Below, one piece after another: positions 30,659-38,193 of a stretch of 64,000 nucleotides of DNA (position 1 is the stretch's first letter; the number at the start of each line of letters is the position of its first letter). The stretch spans positions 335,753 through 399,752 of the forward strand of contig JACKOQ010000001.1 in the NCBI GenBank assembly GCA_024234215.1, read 5' to 3'. Source of the DNA: Pseudomonadales bacterium. Its GTDB lineage: Bacteria > Pseudomonadota > Gammaproteobacteria > Pseudomonadales > UBA5862. The position numbers were made by a program, and so were the translations under genes. The notes under the pieces are model-generated. The model was not told where the DNA came from, ran no database searches, and saw only the letters and a program-made list of their open reading frames with translations.

Positions 30659-31279
30659 ATGAAGCTCTACCATTTTCGCCGTTCACCCTACTCCTCGCGC
30701 TGCCGCATGCTGATCAACTTCAAGGGGCTCGACATCGAACTGATCGAACCGCCGGAGGATTTTTCCAGCATCCATCCGGTGGCCAGAATTCCCTCGCTGC
30801 ACATCGACGCGCTGGTCATCCCCGAGGCCGAAGTGATCTGCGAATACCTCGAAGACCAGTTTCCCACCCCCTCGCTGCGGGCCGAAAACCCGGCCAAACG
30901 GGCGCTGGTGCGCACCATCAACCGCATCAACGACATCTACATACTCGCGCCGATGTTCGACCTGGCCCCCCATGTCGAGATGCAGAGCCGTGACCAGGCC
31001 GTGGTGGAGCAGAAGTTCGAAGAGCTGGTGCTGGGACTGGTGCGGCTCAACCACTTCATCGAGGGGCCGGATTACGCGGTCGGCAATACCCTGACGCTGG
31101 CCGATTGCGCGCTGGTGCCGACGCTCTATGTGATGACCCGCTACCTGCCGAGCTTCGATCGCGCCGATCAGCTCAAAAAACATCCGAAAATCAGCAGCTA
31201 CTGGGAGCGCATCCAGCACAACCCCAGGGCGGTGCCGATCATCGACGACCTGGCCGCCGCGATGCGCGATCGGTTGTGA
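30659..31279 (+). CDS. glutathione S-transferase family protein
   Basis: ORF 30338..31279 trimmed to MKLYHFRRSPYSSRCRMLINFKGLDIELIEP. Thioredoxin-like N-domain plus helical C-domain. Confidence 0.8.
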   Translation: MKLYHFRRSPYSSRCRMLINFKGLDIELIEPPEDFSSIHPVARIPSLHIDALVIPEAEVICEYLEDQFPTPSLRAENPAKRALVRTINRINDIYILAPMFDLAPHVEMQSRDQAVVEQKFEELVLGLVRLNHFIEGPDYAVGNTLTLADCALVPTLYVMTRYLPSFDRADQLKKHPKISSYWERIQHNPRAVPIIDDLAAAMRDRL

Positions 31280-31525
31280 GGGGTGGGTTTTTCTCCACTG
31301 CTCGAACTCCCATGAACGCAGAAGCGAGCAGGCGGCTCGGTGCATCTTGGGCAATGGGCGTATAGGTTGCGTTCCAGCCATCCTCCCGCATCACATCTTG
31401 CTGTTTTCCTGTCGAAGAAGCCAAGGACAATTCCACGGAGTTGTTTTTTGTTTTGTGCCATTTTTCTGTGTTTTCCCTGATATTGATTCGAATCGCAATT
31501 TTCTTTAGAAGGTGATCATCAAGCA

Positions 31526-33223
31526 ATGGATCTGTCATTTTTTGAAGGCCGAGACAAGAAAATCAAGGCGCTGGAGGCGAGCGACGATGCTGCCGGACTG
31601 GAATCGCCAAAAGGAGACTTGAAGAGCTTTCTGTTTTTTATTCTGGCCTATGCCGTTCTGCTACTCATATTTTGCAATTTCGTGTCGAGCGTTCCGATTG
31701 GAAATTACTGGTGGGATTATCTGGCGCTCAAAGGGATTGAAGTCCAGATGTTCGCAGGCAGTGCGAACATCCGCGAACTGTGGCTGCCCTTCATGCTTCC
31801 GATTTGGCTTCTCAAGGCTTCCAATCTGATTTCGGGATATGGCGTTGATTATTTTGTCGCGCATGTCTTGATCGGTGCGGCCACATTTGCGCTGACATAC
31901 CAGCCGGTTTTTTCTCGATTGCCGAAGCGTTTTGCAGTTTGCATCTACTTGCTGCTGCTTGTCTTCAGTGTCGTTCCGGTGGCTCTGGATTTTACTTTTT
32001 TTTCTTTCGCGGATGCCAATGCGGTTGCCTATCACGGTTTCTACAACCGTTACATGGATGTCATCTACTGCTTTCTTGTCCTGAGTTTTTGGGTCAAGAA
32101 AGAAAAAGAGTCGTTTTCTGTTGCAGTGTTCTGGAGTTTTGCCCTCGTCGTTGCCTTGCTGACCAAGCTTTCGTACTTTGTCGTTTTTCTGGCGCTGTTA
32201 TGGGCGAATGTGTTGAGTGAGCGTAGCCGTCCAGCGCTGGTCAGTTGCATTGTGGGTGCAGGCGCCGCAGCTGGACTCTATCTGCTCTGGCCGAACTATT
32301 TTGAAACGGTCTGGAATATTGTGCTGGTCAGGGGGCTTGCACCGCTTTTGAAGTGGGAGGTGCTTGCGGCGCTCGCAGGGGTTGCTGGAGTTCTGTTGTC
32401 GGTCTGCTTTTATCTGATGAAAAAAGAGATCAGGATTTTTCTGTTTGCATCATTGCCGCTCCTCTCCAGCATTGCTCTGAGCAGTGGGAATGTGGGGGAT
32501 TTGCAGCCGCTCAGGCTGGCATTTGCATTGGCGCTCCCGGTTTTTGTCTATCGGAGTGAGTTGCGCAGCAGCAAGTTGATCCTTGAGCGCGAGCGCAGTG
32601 CGAAAAAATCGATAAGATGGGGCATGAGCCTGTACTTTTCTGCTCTATTGGTGATTTCGTTGATGATGGTGAGGCCGGTTTTGGTGGTCATGAAAACTGC
32701 CATGATAACCGGCACAGCAATTTTTGCGCATGAAGCCGGATTGAGGTCTGAATTTGTTGAGTTCAGGAACATCAAGGGTTTTTTCTCGCATGCTTACTAT
32801 CTCCCTCAGTCTCTGCGCCATCTTTTGGACATGAGAGAATTTTCCGTATCAGAATATGGCAGCAATGGATGGCATAAGGCTGGCTTTTTTATTTTGTACG
32901 CGCGTGAAATGGATAAAACGCTCTCATATGTCAGTCAGTTCAGAAATGATAAAATATCGTGGTTCTCTTTTCCGGGTCTGGTCCCCCAGATTTATGGGGT
33001 GGGTCGAATTCCAGAAGGTGCATGGCCGTGGTATCTGTATGGTCATGAAATCAGTCGATCATATCATCCGGATTTTTTGGCAATCAATGCCGAAAGCAGG
33101 GTCGCCGTGGTGGATGAATGTTACTGGAGCGGGAAAGAGTTGCTGGAGAATTTTGGAGATGAGATCAGGATTAAATCCCGGATCATTTTCAAGAGTGCAT
33201 GCTTCACTGTTTATGGGGATTGA
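31526..33223 (+). CDS. polytopic membrane protein with C-terminal soluble domain; candidate GT-C-type glycosyltransferase (function unproven)
   Basis: 565 aa with 10 or more hydrophobic segments followed by a ~150-aa hydrophilic tail. Visibly lower G+C than the flanks. Convergent with the DPA-like operon. No motif that I can name. Confidence 0.6.
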   Translation: MDLSFFEGRDKKIKALEASDDAAGLESPKGDLKSFLFFILAYAVLLLIFCNFVSSVPIGNYWWDYLALKGIEVQMFAGSANIRELWLPFMLPIWLLKASNLISGYGVDYFVAHVLIGAATFALTYQPVFSRLPKRFAVCIYLLLLVFSVVPVALDFTFFSFADANAVAYHGFYNRYMDVIYCFLVLSFWVKKEKESFSVAVFWSFALVVALLTKLSYFVVFLALLWANVLSERSRPALVSCIVGAGAAAGLYLLWPNYFETVWNIVLVRGLAPLLKWEVLAALAGVAGVLLSVCFYLMKKEIRIFLFASLPLLSSIALSSGNVGDLQPLRLAFALALPVFVYRSELRSSKLILERERSAKKSIRWGMSLYFSALLVISLMMVRPVLVVMKTAMITGTAIFAHEAGLRSEFVEFRNIKGFFSHAYYLPQSLRHLLDMREFSVSEYGSNGWHKAGFFILYAREMDKTLSYVSQFRNDKISWFSFPGLVPQIYGVGRIPEGAWPWYLYGHEISRSYHPDFLAINAESRVAVVDECYWSGKELLENFGDEIRIKSRIIFKSACFTVYGD

Positions 33224-33636
33224 GTGTCAAGTCCCGCCTGATCATAAGGTCGCCCGTGGTGCGCAACGTGGCTTCAATGATTTTTGACAGGGGCGTTGAA
33301 TGTTTGAGCTGAAAGCGGCTGCGAAAGGAAAAGCATCTATCGCTCTGATTGTTTTGGTGGCTTTGTTTCTGAGGCTTGCCATCATGTTCCAGGGTTTGAC
33401 TTGTCTGGATCGAATGTTCTTGCTTGATGTGATTTGACGGGTAATTTAGGTGTTGAGGTGCCCCGGATCGAGATCTTGTCCGAACAGGTTGAGTCCAGAT
33501 CCCAGCGTGATTTTCTGCTGGAGAGAGATGCTGCTGGAGGAGGCAGCGTATTCGAATCCTGTTCAGCCTGGCGATGAAACGCAGAGGGTGCCTGTAGAAA
33601 AGCAGTCCGGTGTTGGTGAGTCATGAAGAAGGGCTC

Positions 33637-34050
33637 TCATGTGCCCTGTGTGCGGAAAACGTAGCGCTTGTCGAGATGGTATTTGGCCAAATAGCCAATG
33701 GCCAGACCAATGATGCCGCCCAGATAACGCATCTCTTTGGTTGCGAAGAGGTGATGGAAGGTGAACTCGAATCCCCAGAAAATCGCGGTGGTGGCCAAGC
33801 CCATGGCGGTGTAGAGCGCAAAAGTCTGGGAGTCATGGATTGCGTTGTGCGCGCGAAAGCGAAAGATGTAGCGTTTGTCGAGAAGATACTTTACGAAAAG
33901 TCCAGCTCCTGTGCCGACTGCAACGGAAATGAGCATGCCGAATGCTCCGTTGTAAAGGCGGATGGAGAGGTCTTGCGTGCCGATGTTCGTTGCGGTTGCC
34001 ATGCAGGCAAAAATGCCATACTTGAGCGCCAGTCTTGCGGAAGAGAGCAT
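33637..34050 (-). CDS. GtrA-family membrane protein
   Basis: 137 aa with 4 TM segments. KYGIFACMATATNIGTQDL...LFVKYLLDKRYIFR...YLAKYHLDKRYVFR (repeated GtrA-type K-Y-x-L-D/N-K-x-[WY]-[VI]-F motif). Confidence 0.8.
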   Translation of the reverse strand: MLSSARLALKYGIFACMATATNIGTQDLSIRLYNGAFGMLISVAVGTGAGLFVKYLLDKRYIFRFRAHNAIHDSQTFALYTAMGLATTAIFWGFEFTFHHLFATKEMRYLGGIIGLAIGYLAKYHLDKRYVFRTQGT

Positions 34051-34119
34051 TGAACGATTTTCGCTGATGGGGTGTCTTTTATGATGGGGCGGAGAAATAC
34101 AGAAAGCCGAATCCTCTTT

Positions 34120-34857
34120 TCACAGAGCAAGGCGTTTGAAGAGCCACTCCGGCAGATGAATGATGGCCAGCATGATGAAGCGCCAGAACCAGGGGGTGTA
34201 GAGAGTGTTTCTGCGCTTTTCGATCGCGCGCACGATGTCACTGCCGACCTGCTCCGGCGTCGCCAGCAGCAGTTGCGGCAGCGCCAGTCCTTGGGTCATC
34301 GGAGTGTCGACGAAACCGGGTTTGATGGTCAGCAGATGCACGCCACTGCGGTGCAGGCGGCCACGCAGCCCGCTGCAGAAGTCGGTGACGGCACCCTTGG
34401 CGGCGCCATACAGATAGTTGGAGGGGCGGCCACGGTCGCCCGCCACCGAGGAGATGACGGCGATGCAGCCAGTGCGCTGTGCTTCCATCTGATTGGCGAG
34501 TTCGGTGAGCAGCGCAATCACGCTCAGGCCATTGTTGGTGAACTCCTGCAGGGCCAGCCTGGCGTCCCGTTCGCAGGCCTGCTGATCCGGCAGCGTGCCG
34601 TGGGCAATGAGCGCGATGTCGATGCGCCCCAGCGCGGTCCGACAGGCCTCCAGCATGGCGGCATGTTGATCGAGCTGGGTCAGATCGAGCAGATGGGTGT
34701 GCACCGTGGCGCCGCGTGCGCTCAGGTCATCGGCCACCTGCTGCAATTTTGCGGCGGTGCGTCCCACCAGAAAGAGCGTTGCGCCTTGCCGTGCCCAGTG
34801 CCGGGCAGCGGCGGTGGCAATGGCCGAGGTCGCGCCGATGATCAGGATGTTTTGCAT
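34120..34857 (-). CDS. short-chain dehydrogenase/reductase, DprE2-like (polyprenyl-P-2-keto-pentose reductase candidate)
   Basis: IIGATSAIATAAA (TGxxxGxG-type NAD site), catalytic YGAAK. 245 aa. Operon context with a DprE1-like FAD enzyme. Confidence 0.75.
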   Translation of the reverse strand: MQNILIIGATSAIATAAARHWARQGATLFLVGRTAAKLQQVADDLSARGATVHTHLLDLTQLDQHAAMLEACRTALGRIDIALIAHGTLPDQQACERDARLALQEFTNNGLSVIALLTELANQMEAQRTGCIAVISSVAGDRGRPSNYLYGAAKGAVTDFCSGLRGRLHRSGVHLLTIKPGFVDTPMTQGLALPQLLLATPEQVGSDIVRAIEKRRNTLYTPWFWRFIMLAIIHLPEWLFKRLAL

Positions 34858-34897
34858 GAGGGGCTGCCGAGGTGGGTTTGATTTGCTCTGCCAAAAG

Positions 34898-36877
34898 TCA
34901 CGGTAAGGTTGACGGGACAGGCGGTATTTCCAGTGCCGTCAGCGTCAGACGGTAGTCACTGCGCCAGGAGAACGAATTGCTCCCTTTTCCTTGCTTTTCT
35001 GGATCTTTTTCGCAGAACGTCAGCGACTCGCCGCAGCGGGTGACGGCGCGGGAGGAGAGGATGCGGATGCGCTGGACCACTCTGGTGTCGTGCAGCGATG
35101 GCGGTTGACCATTCGCCAGTTGGGCGAACTCGGCGGTGGATTCGACGAGCGGTGACAGCACGAAGCCGGTCAGCGCCATGCTGGGGATGAAGCGATAGAC
35201 CCGCTTCTCGCCATGGCCGAGGTCGACCGAGAGGTAGAGCTGATCGGGCTTGAACAGCAGCATCGACAGTCGCCCGAGCAGCGTCGGCGCCAGCTCGATC
35301 TCGGCAAAGAGCATCTGCGCGGCAGAGGGGAGCGACACCCATTCGCCAAGGCGATGGCTCTGCTGCGTCAGCACGGTTTTTTGCGTCGTGGCCGGCGTGG
35401 TTCGTCTTTGCAGGTGGAGGTATTGGCGGTCGCTGCCCGTGATCTGGTAGTGCGACAGCAGCGTCGGCCAGCTCAGACCATCGTCCAGTGAGGGGAAGCG
35501 GCCATCGATGCTCTCGATGCGAAAGAAGATGTTGTCCGGCGCCGCTGCGCCGCGCAGATGCGCTTCATTCATCCGGGCGAGCAGCGGGGTGTAGGCCGAA
35601 TAGCTCTGCAGCACCGGACGTGGTGCCCAGTGGTTGCCCGAAGCGATCAGGTCAGTGAGGTCGAAGGGGTAGATATCGCTGCTGCCGGGGAGTCGGGGCA
35701 GGGGTGACTGGGTAGCGAGCTGTCTCATCCGCTCGGTGAATGCCTGTCGGATGTCGAGGGGATTGTTGTCCGTCACACCACGCAGCGCTGCCAGCGGGGT
35801 CTGTTCGATCGAGAGGCCGATGTATCGCAGATGCATGAACAGGCACATCAGCAAGGCGGTCACCACGATCGACCGCGGCAGCTTTGCGCTGTGGGTGGCC
35901 TGAATCGCCAGAATGGCCAGCACCGTTCCGGTGCTGATCGCCCCCGCATGGACGCGGTCATGCCGCACGAAACCGGCCTTGAAGGCGATGAACAGGAACA
36001 GCCCGACGGCCAGGGTGATGGCCAGCCGCTTCGGCAGCGCAGGGCCGGCTGAACGCAGGGTTGCAAGGATGATCCCGGCCGCCAGTCCGAGGTAGACCAC
36101 CACCTGCCAGAGCAGTCCGCGGTTGGACATCGCCTCGGCAAAACCGGAGATGATCGGCGACAGGGTGCGGAAGTAGTCGGGCAGCGCCGCCAGCGGTTGA
36201 CCGGCCAGCCCCCACAGCAGCAGCAGCGTCAGCAGCGGCAGCAGGATGAACAGCGCCGCACGCAGCCGCTCACCCTTCAGGCCATGCAGCAGCGCACCGA
36301 CCAGGCTGGCCATCACTGCCAGCGGCCAGAATGAGCCCTTGATGATCGGCAGCGCGCCGAGCAGGGCGATGGCGAGCAGATGGCCGGTCTCTTGGCCGAC
36401 AAAGCGCAGCCGGTCATCACTGCCGTGGGAGGCACTCTCCATGCAGGTCACCAGGGTCAGCAGCAGCGGGTAGGCGAAGAACAGCGCATCGCGCGAGTCG
36501 ACCAGCAGCAGAAAGCCGGCAAGGGTCCACAGCCAGCCGTTGTGCCGTCGGCGCAGGCAGCTCAGCAGCAGGGTGCCCTGTGCCAGCCCGAACAGCACGC
36601 CGAGCAGCAGGGCGGCCGGATAGGTTGCGGGGTGGTAGTGCTGGGTGTAGAGCGCGGCGTAGGGGCCAAAGGTGAAGACGATGTCGCGCCCGAACACCAG
36701 TCCCTGCGCCACCGCCTGGTTCATCGCCAGGCGCCAGGCGTCGTCCAGTTCAGTACCGGGCAACAGCGGCGCGAAGGGTGCAAAGGCCAGGAGGCTGGCG
36801 AGCAGCAGCAGAGCACCCAGCACGACAGGCCGGGTGGCCAGAAACTGTTTCCATCCAGAGCGCGACAGTCGACTCAC
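34898..36877 (-). CDS. large polytopic membrane protein with ~230-aa C-terminal soluble domain; candidate polyprenyl-P-sugar-dependent (GT-C-like) glycosyltransferase
   Basis: ORF 34898..37246 trimmed to GTG 36877, which overlaps the upstream stop as GTGA. About 12 hydrophobic segments. First periplasmic loop ELDDAWRLAMNQAVAQGLVFGRDIVFTFGPYAALY. Function is inferred from context only. Confidence 0.6.
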   Translation of the reverse strand: MSRLSRSGWKQFLATRPVVLGALLLLASLLAFAPFAPLLPGTELDDAWRLAMNQAVAQGLVFGRDIVFTFGPYAALYTQHYHPATYPAALLLGVLFGLAQGTLLLSCLRRRHNGWLWTLAGFLLLVDSRDALFFAYPLLLTLVTCMESASHGSDDRLRFVGQETGHLLAIALLGALPIIKGSFWPLAVMASLVGALLHGLKGERLRAALFILLPLLTLLLLWGLAGQPLAALPDYFRTLSPIISGFAEAMSNRGLLWQVVVYLGLAAGIILATLRSAGPALPKRLAITLAVGLFLFIAFKAGFVRHDRVHAGAISTGTVLAILAIQATHSAKLPRSIVVTALLMCLFMHLRYIGLSIEQTPLAALRGVTDNNPLDIRQAFTERMRQLATQSPLPRLPGSSDIYPFDLTDLIASGNHWAPRPVLQSYSAYTPLLARMNEAHLRGAAAPDNIFFRIESIDGRFPSLDDGLSWPTLLSHYQITGSDRQYLHLQRRTTPATTQKTVLTQQSHRLGEWVSLPSAAQMLFAEIELAPTLLGRLSMLLFKPDQLYLSVDLGHGEKRVYRFIPSMALTGFVLSPLVESTAEFAQLANGQPPSLHDTRVVQRIRILSSRAVTRCGESLTFCEKDPEKQGKGSNSFSWRSDYRLTLTALEIPPVPSTLP

Positions 36878-38193
36878 TGGTCGATGACCCGTTGCCAGAA
36901 CCGTGACAGGATCCGCGGATCGCGCAGCGCTTCGAGCTGCGTCCAGGCCGGGTAGGCAGCGCGGAAGTCGCTGCCGCTCATGTGGGCATCCTTGGCCGGG
37001 TAGAGCCGCCCGTGCGCTTCGCGGACGATGGCATCGAGCCGGGCAAACAGCCGCTGGGTGCGCTGACCCTGCTGCGGGAAGTCGAGCGCCAGGGTCACGC
37101 CTGGCATCGGGAACGAGAGCAGCCCGGGCGATGGCGCATCGCCGAAGCGCTTCAGCACGGCGAGAAAGGAGCCGTTCTGTGCGCTGGCGATGCTGTCGAG
37201 CAGCGCGCGGGTCGCCGCGGCCGCGTTGCCGGGCGGCAGCACGCACTGATACTGCTGAAAACCATGCGGACCGTAGATGCGGTTCCAGTTCAGGATGCGG
37301 TCGAGCGGGTAGAAGAAGGGCTCATGGCTGTTTCGGCTCTGGTGACGGTCCGCCCGGTGGAGCCGGTAGTAGGCGCTGTTGAACAGCCGCAGCGACAGGC
37401 GGTTGACCAGCGACAGCGGCGGCGTGACCGGGACCCTCAGCCGGGAGGGGCGGTGGCACGCCAGCGGGCCCGCTTCGGCATGGTCGGCCACGCTGTAGAC
37501 GCCACGTCCGGCGGTCTTGCCCCGTGACAGGCAGTCGATCCAGGAGACGGCGAACTCGTGCCGCTGATCCAGTTCGTTCGAGAGGGCAAAGAACTCATCG
37601 AGCGCGCCGAAGCGCACCGTGGTGACATCGAGCAGGCTGGAGCGGATCGGCAGCAGTTGCAGTTCGACCCAGTCGATCAGACCGGTCAGCCCCAGACCAC
37701 CGATGGTGGCGGCATAGAGTGCGCTGTTTTCGCTGGAGGAGCAGACCAGCTCGGCCCCATCGCTGCGCATCAGCCCGAAGCGGGGTACATGGCAGCCGAA
37801 GGTGCCGCGCCGATGGTGGTTCTTGCCATGGACGTCATTGGCCAGTGCGCCACCGAGCGTGACGAACTTGGTGCCCGGCGTGACCGGCACGAACCAGCCG
37901 CGCGGAATGGCGAGCTCCAGCAGCTCACCGAGTGTCATGCCCGCCTCGGCACGAATCAGCCCGCTCTGCCAATCCGCCGCAATGAAGCGGTCGAGCGGCC
38001 GCAGCGACAGCAACTGGTCGCTGGCGGCCAGGCAGCTGTCACCATAGGAGCGGCCATTGCCATAGGGGAGCAGGCTGCCATGTTTGGCGGCCACGGCCGC
38101 CAGGGTGGGCCGCACCGTTTCGCGCCAGGCACAGTGGTGCAGGGTCTGTGGATGGTGCGGGTAGCGTCCCCAGGAGTACCGCCCGGCACTCAT
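36874..38193 (-). CDS. FAD-binding (PCMH-type) oxidoreductase, DprE1-like
   Basis: 439 aa. N-terminal FAD_binding_4-like GNGRSYGDS...VTLGGALANDVHGKNHH. C-terminus LSFPMPGVTLALDFP...GRLYPAKD resembles M. tuberculosis DprE1 as I recall it. ATGA overlap with the upstream gene. Confidence 0.8.
   Translation of the reverse strand: MSAGRYSWGRYPHHPQTLHHCAWRETVRPTLAAVAAKHGSLLPYGNGRSYGDSCLAASDQLLSLRPLDRFIAADWQSGLIRAEAGMTLGELLELAIPRGWFVPVTPGTKFVTLGGALANDVHGKNHHRRGTFGCHVPRFGLMRSDGAELVCSSSENSALYAATIGGLGLTGLIDWVELQLLPIRSSLLDVTTVRFGALDEFFALSNELDQRHEFAVSWIDCLSRGKTAGRGVYSVADHAEAGPLACHRPSRLRVPVTPPLSLVNRLSLRLFNSAYYRLHRADRHQSRNSHEPFFYPLDRILNWNRIYGPHGFQQYQCVLPPGNAAAATRALLDSIASAQNGSFLAVLKRFGDAPSPGLLSFPMPGVTLALDFPQQGQRTQRLFARLDAIVREAHGRLYPAKDAHMSGSDFRAAYPAWTQLEALRDPRILSRFWQRVIDQ

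Noticed and set aside
33299-33436. 45-codon ORF MFELKAAAKGKASIALIVLVALFLRLAIMFQGL... in the gap between the 565-aa membrane protein and gtrA; it looks like the N-terminal TM helix of an ArnT/PMT-like GT-C enzyme
   Set aside because: It is too short, it ends in a stop, and no continuation is recognisable in any frame. It may be a gene remnant, but that cannot be supported from the sequence alone.
36878-37246. N-terminal 123 codons of the 782-aa ORF overlapping the DprE1-like gene
   Set aside because: The segment is an Arg/Pro-rich frame overlapping a well-supported gene. GTG at 36877, overlapping the upstream stop as GTGA, gives a sensible start just before the first TM segment.
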